Below, piece by piece: positions 27,215 through 34,973 of a stretch of DNA of 60,599 nucleotides. The notes beneath the pieces were generated by a model, which saw nothing but the letters and a program-made list of their open reading frames with translations, did not search any database and was not told the DNA's origin. Origin of the DNA: a virus; the IMG/VR virus record IMGVR_UViG_3300045988_079978; one strand, written 5' to 3'. A program made the translations under genes and the position numbers. The stretch's first letter is position 1, and every line of letters starts with the position of its first letter.

Positions 27215-27427
27215 ATGATTAATATTGATATGTGGTATGAAGACAAGAAGGAACAGGCTACAAGATTAGATATTTATTATAATGATCTTGGATGCTTTTA
27301 CACTGGAAATATTTATATTTTCGGGAAAATAGTCGGCGATTATTACGCCGATAGCATTCAAGAAATCACAGAAGCATTCCCACATTTAGCGAAAAGAAAA
27401 GAGGATGAGAACGATGAATGCAAATAA
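27215..27427 (+). CDS. Hypothetical protein (70 aa)
   Basis: RBS AAAGGGG upstream. Confidence 0.4.
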   Translation: MINIDMWYEDKKEQATRLDIYYNDLGCFYTGNIYIFGKIVGDYYADSIQEITEAFPHLAKRKEDENDECK

Positions 27428-28283
27428 AAAGAATAGAATGAGTTTTACAGAATTTTGCGATCGGTTAATTGCGGATGGTGCGTACCAATCGGAGAAAGAT
27501 GGACACATCTATAGAGCAAGCGGAAATATATTAAGTCGTCAATGCAGAAATGGATATTATTTACTGAGGAAGCAGTATGATGGGATTACTTATCATTTTA
27601 TGGAACATAGAGTTGTATATTATATGCATAATGGGAAATTTGATGAAGATCTCCAGATTAACCATAAGGACTTCGACAGAACAAATAATAGAATAGAAAA
27701 TTTGGAGCTTATGACTTCAAAAGAAAATATAAATTACACAATTAACGCAGGGAGAAAAGTAGTCCGTAAGGGACCAGATAATGCGAGAGCAGCATTTACC
27801 AAAAAAGAAGTGCAGTTAATAAGATACTTAAAGAAAAACGGTTGGATATCAAAAGATATTAGAAAAATGTTTGATAACAGGACAACGGAAGCTACTATTA
27901 ATCGTGTTGTTGAAAGGACAAGATATGGCGAAGTGGTAGATGCATCAGGAGTTATGGCGATATATCCAACAATAGTTGAGAAGACACGTAGGAAAGACTT
28001 AAACAACGAAGAAGCGTTGAAAAATGCATGTATGGGATTAGCTGGTGAGTGCGGTGAATTAATAGATTTAGTAAAAAAGTATTTTTATCAAGGATCCGAT
28101 TTGGACTTGATTCATGCTCAACTGGAACTTGGTGATATAATCTACTATATTTACTGGATTAGTATGATGCTTGGGATTGATATGTCAGATATTATGTTTG
28201 CAAATATGGAAAAGCTTTCATCCAGGTATCCAGATGGATTCGATGTGGAAAGAGCAAATAATAGAGCGGAAGGAGATGTGTAA
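27414..28283 (+). CDS. HNH endonuclease fused to a MazG-like NTP pyrophosphohydrolase
   Basis: N-terminal HRVVYYMHNG...INHKDFDRTNNRIENLELMTSKEN (HNH_3-like). Middle HTH region. C-terminal GLAGECGELIDLVKK...ELGDIIYYI...NMEKLSSRYPDGF (MazG-like). Confidence 0.7.
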   Translation: MNANKKNRMSFTEFCDRLIADGAYQSEKDGHIYRASGNILSRQCRNGYYLLRKQYDGITYHFMEHRVVYYMHNGKFDEDLQINHKDFDRTNNRIENLELMTSKENINYTINAGRKVVRKGPDNARAAFTKKEVQLIRYLKKNGWISKDIRKMFDNRTTEATINRVVERTRYGEVVDASGVMAIYPTIVEKTRRKDLNNEEALKNACMGLAGECGELIDLVKKYFYQGSDLDLIHAQLELGDIIYYIYWISMMLGIDMSDIMFANMEKLSSRYPDGFDVERANNRAEGDV

Positions 28284-28284
28284 A

Positions 28285-28584
28285 GTGAGCGATATCAGAC
28301 CAGAACATTACAAAAACTGTAGCCTTGAATGCTGGGACGCCATGAAGTTAGTTCTTGGAACAGATGGGTTCATTTCATTCTGTCTTGGAAATGCATTTAA
28401 GTATCTTTGGAGGCATGAGTATAAAAACGGAAAAGAAGATATCCTAAAAGCCGGTATTTATCTTGGACGTGCCCGGAAATATATCAACGATGACAGTTAT
28501 CTCGATACAAAGGACCAGTTGAAACAGCTTACTGAATTGTATCAAGAGAAATTGAAAGAATACGAAATTTCTACAGAATCTTAA
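28285..28584 (+). CDS. DUF3310 family protein
   Basis: RPEHYKN...ECWDAM...GNAFKYLWRHEYKNGKEDILKAGIYL matches the family pattern. GTG start 9 nt after AAGGAG. Confidence 0.6.
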   Translation: MSDIRPEHYKNCSLECWDAMKLVLGTDGFISFCLGNAFKYLWRHEYKNGKEDILKAGIYLGRARKYINDDSYLDTKDQLKQLTELYQEKLKEYEISTES

Positions 28585-28726
28585 AAGTTCGCGTTTTTAG
28601 AGGAAATTTTCAGCTCCGAAAAATTCGCCAAAAAAAGATCACACCCCAAAAATAAAATAGGACAAAAATCTGGACGCCGGAATTTCATTCAATTCTGACG
28701 TCCTTTTTCTGATAATTGATATATGG

Positions 28727-28736
28727 TTGTGCCTTG
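28727..28736 (+). repeat. Seventh TTGTGCCTT copy, upstream of the 28929 gene
   Basis: The sequence reads TTGTGCCTTG. Confidence 0.5.
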
Positions 28737-28928
28737 CTGCTATATGCCTGTAAACGTCTGTGGTGCGATTTGAGACGTTATAATCTATTATCTTGGCAAC
28801 TTATAGACTAACGATTAAAATGCTTTAAAACGGCTATAATTGACTCCATGATAACACGCTTGTGCGTGCCTGTAAATAGGTTGCGTGGATATTCCCGGCA
28901 TGGTATCATATTCACGGAGGTAAAGCAC

Positions 28929-29360
28929 ATGAAAAAGAAACCATTATGCAAGCAGTTTGCAAAAGATGTCTGTGACATACTACATATAGATGCGCCCAAA
29001 ATTGAATTCGTATCATCTGACCAGATGCGCACCGATACGCAAATAGTAGCATTGATTCCGGGTGCAATTCTGATCAAAAACGATGTTAATATTTCGCCGG
29101 ATCTTTTTCTTGCCCTGGCGCACGAACTCCGGCACGCTTACCAGATCGCAAACGGTGCAAACCTGGAAGAGTACCAGACAAGCGACAAAATGACCGTAGA
29201 AGAATACAACTTGCAACCATTGGAAGTAGACGCAAATGCTTTTGCTTTGCTTGCCATGTCGTCAATGTTCGGGATTATGCCACAATTTCAAAATCTGTCG
29301 GATTCGGTACGGGAAGCCATAAAAACCCGTGCGGACCAGATAAAAGCAGAACTTGAATAA
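28929..29360 (+). CDS. HExxH metallopeptidase-like protein (143 aa)
   Basis: Motif LALAHELRHAYQ. RBS GGAGG lies before ATG 28929. Confidence 0.55.
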   Translation: MKKKPLCKQFAKDVCDILHIDAPKIEFVSSDQMRTDTQIVALIPGAILIKNDVNISPDLFLALAHELRHAYQIANGANLEEYQTSDKMTVEEYNLQPLEVDANAFALLAMSSMFGIMPQFQNLSDSVREAIKTRADQIKAELE

Positions 29361-29368
29361 ACACTAAT

Positions 29369-29400
29369 AGCCCACGACCTTTAGCGGTGTGGGCTTGTTT
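29369..29400. terminator. Bidirectional intrinsic terminator between convergent operons
   Basis: Stem AGCCCAC/GTGGGCT (29369-75 / 29389-95) with T-rich flanks. Confidence 0.55.
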
Positions 29401-29404
29401 GATA

Positions 29405-29725
29405 TCAACATACTATTTCATTTACAATTCTGTTAATCCGGCTTTCCATTTCGTCAAATGTGCAAATTTCATTTTCTGAAAACGGCGGGCAAATGGTGGA
29501 ATCATCAAATTCTTTTCTTTCAGAGTCCCATTCTCCGCCAGTTCCGAAATATAAATCCCCGTTGGAAGCTATTAACAGGTTATCAATTTTCATTTGCGAT
29601 TCAACCAGTTTTTTCACGTAGATGGTTAATTTTTCGCCATTCGGAAGTGTATAGTTGCCCTTTCTACGGTCAATTTTCCAGATGCTCCGCAATTTAATTA
29701 TTTTTTTGAAGTCGTCCCTTTTCAT
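29405..29725 (-). CDS. Hypothetical protein (106 aa)
   Basis: ORF only. Confidence 0.4.
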   Translation of the reverse strand: MKRDDFKKIIKLRSIWKIDRRKGNYTLPNGEKLTIYVKKLVESQMKIDNLLIASNGDLYFGTGGEWDSERKEFDDSTICPPFSENEICTFDEMESRINRIVNEIVC

Positions 29726-29751
29726 ATGGCTTTTCCCTTTCTCTTTTTATA

Positions 29752-29946
29752 TTATTTTAACTGATTTCTTAGCTTTTCGACTGCTTGTGCCGTATCTTTC
29801 CAGAAAGAAATATTCTTTTTATCGTTCGGTGTCTTGCCTTCCATGCTTTCCCATAACTTTAATTCTTCGGAGATCCGGCCAGAAGTCAGTTCTAAATATG
29901 TGTTTATCTGGCTGGCTTCCCGATCTGTTAATACAATTGTTTTCAT
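29752..29946 (-). CDS. Hypothetical protein (64 aa)
   Basis: ORF only. Confidence 0.35.
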   Translation of the reverse strand: MKTIVLTDREASQINTYLELTSGRISEELKLWESMEGKTPNDKKNISFWKDTAQAVEKLRNQLK

Positions 29947-29961
29947 GTTGCACCGTCCTTT

Positions 29962-30249
29962 CTAGTTCAATGTCTTGTTGATTGCTTCCCTTAAGCATTC
30001 TTCCAGTATTTTATTTTTCGCTCTAAGAATTGAAATTTCTCTGGTAGTCTTATAAATGTACTCATGCATAGCTTTGTCATAAGCTTCTTCATCTATCGCA
30101 CATCCGCATAATGTCATGAAAATAGTTGCACCCATTAATGAAAATATGCCGATAACATCAGTTGCCATATTATGAGATGGTAAGCATATCATATTCGCAT
30201 TCAAAGCCCCACAAACAACCGCAATCACAGGGTATATGTATTTCTTCAT
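29962..30249 (-). CDS. Small membrane protein (95 aa)
   Basis: Two N-terminal TM helices. Confidence 0.4.
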   Translation of the reverse strand: MKKYIYPVIAVVCGALNANMICLPSHNMATDVIGIFSLMGATIFMTLCGCAIDEEAYDKAMHEYIYKTTREISILRAKNKILEECLREAINKTLN

Positions 30250-30252
30250 CGT

Positions 30253-30708
30253 TTAGTCCTCCACTAATTCAAATCTGTATTTCTGCTTTACGTTTGGATA
30301 TTTTTCATGGTCAACCTCGCTCACAAACATTCCATAAGGTCGGCTCCAAATAGCTCCATCCTCGCATTCGTATACTACACAGAATTGTCCAGGTGCTTCG
30401 GTGTCCTGGCTGATTGCAATTACCTTAACAGTATGTCCCTTGAAATGCCTGTAAGTCTTCCCGATTTCTACTTTTCTATCGTTATCTACCGGAACTTTTC
30501 TCTTGAAGTATTTCTCACAATCTGCAAGGTCGCAGTTGTCGTAATTCAAAGGGCTTTCATCGTCCCATTCTCCAATGTCAGCTTCTTCCACATGAAGATG
30601 ATGCGAAAATAAATCTTCAAGCGATTCCAATTTACCCTCAAATTTTTCTTTATCAACCACGCCATTTGCATCCACAAAATACCCACTTACCTTAAATATC
30701 TTCGCCAT
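30253..30708 (-). CDS. DUF1653-domain protein
   Basis: The C-terminal YRHFKGHTVKVIAI...VVYECEDGAIWSRPYGMF pattern. Confidence 0.55.
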   Translation of the reverse strand: MAKIFKVSGYFVDANGVVDKEKFEGKLESLEDLFSHHLHVEEADIGEWDDESPLNYDNCDLADCEKYFKRKVPVDNDRKVEIGKTYRHFKGHTVKVIAISQDTEAPGQFCVVYECEDGAIWSRPYGMFVSEVDHEKYPNVKQKYRFELVED

Positions 30709-31126
30709 GTTTATTCTCCTTATCTTCTAACAGTTTTGGACTGTCGTAAATATTGCCAATGACTACAACTTTATTTTCCCAATAACCAAGCTCTTTTCTG
30801 AGCAAATATTCTTTCGGAAATGTAACAAAGAATCCTTGATTATACTTACCAATCTGCCAATTGCTTTCATACAATCCGAACTTTACTTCTCCGCAAATCT
30901 CGCCATATCTTACAATATCTCCCTCAAAGATTTTCTTTCCGTTCTTGTCGGTTAGTCCTGTGTACTAGCAAATGGTATCTTCATCAACCAGAAATTCTCC
31001 CTCGAGGCTTTTATCGTAGATATAATCCTTATCACTAAGATAGCCATGCACCCATGTTCCATTAAGATGCTCGTTACTATCCATTGCATGAATATGTTTC
31101 CCTCTAAAAAGTATTTCTCTATTCAT
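30692..31126 (-). pseudogene. YopX-family gene interrupted by an in-frame TAG (30965-30967)
   Basis: The translation reads MNREILFRGK...VDEDTIC*YTGLTDKNGKKIFEGDIV...VIGNIYDSPKLL. The stop replaces the conserved Q of the xQYTGLKDKNG motif. Confidence 0.7.
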
Positions 31127-31147
31127 GTTCCTATACTACCTCCATCT

Positions 31148-31426
31148 TTAAAGCCAAAATTCCATGTGTAGATATTTCCCTGGATACTCCGTTTCCCAGT
31201 AATAATGACCATGATAATCATCTTCGCAATATCCAGTCCATTGTTTGCACCACTCTCTACCACTGTCTGTTGGTTGCTCATCACCAGTGTGATGGTCTGT
31301 AATATCCGCACAGTCCGAACACATTCCATCCATATCAAGATTTTCTTTGCACCATGCTTCTATTTCTTCGCTAAGCTTATTTCTCTGCTCAATCTTGTCT
31401 ACTATTTCTTTTGGAATTTTACTCAT
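31148..31426 (-). CDS. Hypothetical acidic Cys/His-rich protein
   Basis: RBS GGAGG lies before MSKIPKEIV. Confidence 0.4.
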   Translation of the reverse strand: MSKIPKEIVDKIEQRNKLSEEIEAWCKENLDMDGMCSDCADITDHHTGDEQPTDSGREWCKQWTGYCEDDYHGHYYWETEYPGKYLHMEFWL

Positions 31427-31746
31427 AGCTGTCAACTACCTCCAACTTTTTCAGATCCTCAATAAGCCAAGGTTTATCATCTTCCCATTTGACCATTGGG
31501 AAATCCAACTTAAAGAATTTTAAGCTTTTGTCTGATTCGCACCCACTACTTTCCCAACAGTCAATAAGTTTATGTGGTTTGCTGATATAAATGAACAAAC
31601 TCACTTACTGGAATCCACTTTGGTTTCGCTAACTCTCCAATCTCTTCTGCCAGCTCATCCAGTTTTGCATGAATGAATTCCGATGGTACTCTTGTCAGCG
31701 TTCTAATGTCTTCTTGTATTTCTTCTAATGATCTGTTTCTGCTCAT
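31419..31746 (-). CDS. Two overlapping small ORFs (31570-31746 and 31419-31604), possibly one frameshifted gene
   Basis: ORF1 starts with an ATGA overlap at 31746. ORF2 has only a GTG start with no RBS, directly after a stop in its own frame. Confidence 0.3.
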
Positions 31747-32090
31747 ACTTCCACCTCTTCATCTGCCGGAAATTGAAAAATATTTTCCTCCGCAAACGTT
31801 TTTAAAAGTTGTTCTATTTCATCTGTTCTCCGAAAACTCATAGCCATAGTGAGTGAGTTCATCCCGTGATCTCTTATTTTGCACCATGCATACTGTTCTC
31901 TACACATTTCCATAGCCTTAATAGCTTTTTCCTCGGTGGAATATTCAGCTAAAATATAAACTCTATCTCCTTTGCCGAGGTCATTTCCTGGAAAAGTTCC
32001 AATGATTGTTGCCATATTCCCTGAATACGGGGAAATTGCAATCAATTCATAAGGCACATCCAGTAATCCGCTCTGACTAATGATTCTCAT
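31743..32090 (-). CDS. Hypothetical protein (115 aa)
   Basis: RBS AGGAGGAGG lies before ATG 32090. Confidence 0.45.
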   Translation of the reverse strand: MRIISQSGLLDVPYELIAISPYSGNMATIIGTFPGNDLGKGDRVYILAEYSTEEKAIKAMEMCREQYAWCKIRDHGMNSLTMAMSFRRTDEIEQLLKTFAEENIFQFPADEEVEV

Positions 32091-32256
32091 GTTCTTCCTC
32101 CTCCTTTGCATAATCCGGGCATTCTTCCATGTATTCATGAAAATGTATTCTATCGCACACACTATTGCGATTATTGCAGTATTTGTAATGCTCGCATTCT
32201 ATGCAACATTTGAATCTCTTTGTTCCGTACTTTTTGCATTCATATCTGCATCCCAT
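32077..32256 (-). CDS. Cys-rich small protein (59 aa, MGCRYECKKYGTKRFKCCIECEHYKYC...)
   Basis: Found by hand translation, as it is below the track cutoff. Confidence 0.35.
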   Translation of the reverse strand: MGCRYECKKYGTKRFKCCIECEHYKYCNNRNSVCDRIHFHEYMEECPDYAKEEEEHENH

Positions 32257-32258
32257 TA

Positions 32259-32951
32259 CTATTCTCCGAACTTGAATTCACACTTAATCTGTCTAGCTGA
32301 AACAATCATGTTCACGAAATCATCTGCATGGTTAATCTCGATGTTTCCCGGAATACCGTATTCATCAAACATCTTAATTTCATAATGCTCGTCTACTAAT
32401 TCCAGCACATCAGCAAAATTGTTCTCCTCATCTGGGAAACCATCCAAAATATCTCTGATTTCATCTTCGATGTTCGACAGCAATGAAATCATCGGAACAT
32501 TGACTGTTCTCTGTGGAATTACAAGTCTTCTGGTTGCCTCTCCGCAAGTCAGAAGTAACTCGTATTCACACTCATAATAACCTTCTGCCAGATAGCCACT
32601 CTCCGGAAATTCATCAGTCACTGTCGGTCTATTCTTACTGCTCTCCTGGATATCATACGGAACATAATAGTCAATCACATTCTTCTCTTCTCGCGTTTCT
32701 CGACTAAAGACGATATGCTCTTTTTCCAGTAATGTTACGTTCTCCCGGAATCTATCAAATTCCACTGTATTGTCTTTCTCATCATCAACCTTGAAGAATG
32801 ATTCGAATTTTCCGGTTTCAACATTCTTTCTGCCGATTCTTTCTGCATAAATGTCTGGGATTTCCGTTCCTCTGTATTCAAGTTCAAGTTTATTTGGTAA
32901 CACCAAACCTTTCGCTTCTAAATCTTCTCTTGCTATTCCTGTTAATTTCAT
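32259..32951 (-). CDS. Hypothetical protein (~230 aa)
   Basis: ORF only. Confidence 0.45.
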   Translation of the reverse strand: MKLTGIAREDLEAKGLVLPNKLELEYRGTEIPDIYAERIGRKNVETGKFESFFKVDDEKDNTVEFDRFRENVTLLEKEHIVFSRETREEKNVIDYYVPYDIQESSKNRPTVTDEFPESGYLAEGYYECEYELLLTCGEATRRLVIPQRTVNVPMISLLSNIEDEIRDILDGFPDEENNFADVLELVDEHYEIKMFDEYGIPGNIEINHADDFVNMIVSARQIKCEFKFGE

Positions 32952-32965
32952 AATTCGTTCCTTTC

Positions 32966-33424
32966 TTAATACCATTCAATTCCCATTTCTGTATCCGCAC
33001 CATCTTTTATCAACTGTTTAAAATCTTTGAACATTGCGCAGTCCGAGCGTCCACAATACCCGTAGCAAATATCATCATCGTAATCTTTTATGATTTCATA
33101 TACGGATTTGCAATGATCTGCATCTGCTTCTCCGTCACAATCACTTGTATATAAGAAATCGAGAACCTCAGAATATTTTCCATCGTACTTTTTATCCAGT
33201 TCTTCAATTTTTCTGTCATACCATGCGAAAAAATATTCATTTCCTTTAATTTTTATTAATGCATAGCTCCCATCGTTAAGCATTTTATAATGCTCATAGA
33301 TGTCCGGCTTAGTTAACTCCGCTACTTTTTTTCGAAGACGATAGAATCCAGAATAACTCAAGTCAATACTGTGATTTTTACTGTTTATTGTCACCCCATA
33401 TTTTCTTCCTTTCTCCCTATTCAA
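32966..33424 (-). CDS. Hypothetical protein (152 aa)
   Basis: ORF only. Confidence 0.45.
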   Translation of the reverse strand: MNREKGRKYGVTINSKNHSIDLSYSGFYRLRKKVAELTKPDIYEHYKMLNDGSYALIKIKGNEYFFAWYDRKIEELDKKYDGKYSEVLDFLYTSDCDGEADADHCKSVYEIIKDYDDDICYGYCGRSDCAMFKDFKQLIKDGADTEMGIEWY

Positions 33425-33806
33425 TTCCAGATATATATCGGTCTACCAGTTTTCCGTTAACATATTTTTCTGTTACTTCTACAGTCACAGAATCTCCTTT
33501 TTGACTGTCAGCGAAACTTGGCCCATTCATCATTCCGCTTGCATAATCGTCTTCCTCATAAGTCAGTCCGTCATATTCGACCTTTATTTCCCACTGCCAT
33601 CTTGGAACATATGCGAACCACTTTCTCATATCTATGTAAGCAATAACCGCATCTGCATTTTCATAAGAGTATCTAATTTCGTCCCTGGTTTCTGTCGAAT
33701 TACTATCAGCGCACCCAGTTAAGCAGATGCACAGCAGAATCAAACATATTATTTTCTTCAATTTATCCCTCTTCTCCCTAAAAATGAGTAAAAAAATACC
33801 AACCAC
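33417..33806 (-). CDS. Putative lipoprotein
   Basis: Signal peptide with lipobox LLCICLTGCADS. Confidence 0.5.
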   Translation of the reverse strand: MVGIFLLIFREKRDKLKKIICLILLCICLTGCADSNSTETRDEIRYSYENADAVIAYIDMRKWFAYVPRWQWEIKVEYDGLTYEEDDYASGMMNGPSFADSQKGDSVTVEVTEKYVNGKLVDRYISGIE

Positions 33807-33834
33807 CGAATACTGATGGTTGGTAAAAGAATAT

Positions 33835-34092
33835 TTATTTTATTTTTGAACTTATTTCCACTCCAAGAATCTCCTCATTACTTGGTTTTCCTTCTTGGAT
33901 TTTGTTTAGCAAATCAGTAATCATGTTTTCAAGTTGATCTACGTTATGTGCTAAGCTTCCATCCATTTGAGCTCCGTTTATTCCGATAACACGACCACTT
34001 CTAATTTGTTCAAGTTTGGTGCTTATTTCAAGTAGCTCTGATGAATATTTTTCACTGATTTTATACTCCAATTTCTTTTCACTCATTGGCAT
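33835..34092 (-). CDS. Hypothetical protein (85 aa)
   Basis: ORF only. Confidence 0.4.
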   Translation of the reverse strand: MPMSEKKLEYKISEKYSSELLEISTKLEQIRSGRVIGINGAQMDGSLAHNVDQLENMITDLLNKIQEGKPSNEEILGVEISSKIK

Positions 34093-34319
34093 TTCCTCCC
34101 GTATATTTTATACGGAAATTATACCATTCCAACCATCAATATTCAATTGTCAAGGTGCTTTCATGATTTTTCTCCACGTTTACAAATATCTAAAGCACAA
34201 TGCATACATCTTTTGCTCCCAGTCACACCGAGATAAAAGCTCGTCAAAATCCTTTTCCGGCATGAACTTTATCCCGTAATGCAATCTGAATATGAATTTA
34301 TATAATTCTTCAAACATTG

Positions 34320-34712
34320 CTACTCCTTGTATTTCTTCAAAATCTCTGTAATTGCTTTCATGTGATATGCCATGTTTATGATATCTTCATCTTTAATCGA
34401 ACCAAGACCGTATTTCCTATCAAAGTCCTCAAACGCACGTCTTCTATCTTTAAATTGTTTAAACATGATAGCTAATTCATTTTCTTTTTCCGCATTTTCA
34501 TCATACTCATAAAAAATCTCATTCTTATCATGTTCTCCGAATTGATCTGTCTCAATCTTTGTCCGTTTCGGAGTAATTCTTGTAATTTTTGCCGAAGTAA
34601 TTAACTGGTGTCGGAATGATGATTTCCATCCGCAGCTCACCTTTCTTGCAACTCCTACCACATCCCCGACTTTCAATGTGTCTTTATCTATCTTTTTCAA
34701 TTCAATGTGCAT
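34320..34712 (-). CDS. Hypothetical protein (130 aa)
   Basis: RBS GGAGAG lies 7 nt before ATG 34712. Confidence 0.45.
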   Translation of the reverse strand: MHIELKKIDKDTLKVGDVVGVARKVSCGWKSSFRHQLITSAKITRITPKRTKIETDQFGEHDKNEIFYEYDENAEKENELAIMFKQFKDRRRAFEDFDRKYGLGSIKDEDIINMAYHMKAITEILKKYKE

Positions 34713-34714
34713 AA

Positions 34715-34960
34715 TTAATCTCTCCAATCAAATGCTTTTCCACATTTAGGGCAATAATATATATCTGTCCCATCAAGTACTCCCGGTTTATGTGTTGTTG
34801 TAAATCTTCTTTTGCACTGCGGGCATTCCCACAGCGAACAAGTATCGCTCCTGTTATGTAGAAATATCGGTTTTTCTGAAATTTGTTTACGGAGTGCCAT
34901 GTCTACCTCGCTTGAATCGAATTCAATTTTATTTACTACTACATCTGGTCTTTTAGCCAT
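34715..34960 (-). CDS. Zinc-ribbon protein (81 aa)
   Basis: Motifs CPQCKRRF...YYCPKCGKAF. Confidence 0.45.
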   Translation of the reverse strand: MAKRPDVVVNKIEFDSSEVDMALRKQISEKPIFLHNRSDTCSLWECPQCKRRFTTTHKPGVLDGTDIYYCPKCGKAFDWRD

Positions 34961-34973
34961 ATTTTTTACCTTT

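Noticed and set aside
28585-28928. A possible small RNA or terminator in the 340-bp gap after DUF3310 (GGACG...CGTCC followed by TTTTT)
   Set aside because: The stem is only 5 bp with a ~20-nt loop, which is too weak to call. The gap more likely holds the promoter and operator (TTGTGCCTTG, TGCCTGTAAA x2) for the downstream peptidase gene.
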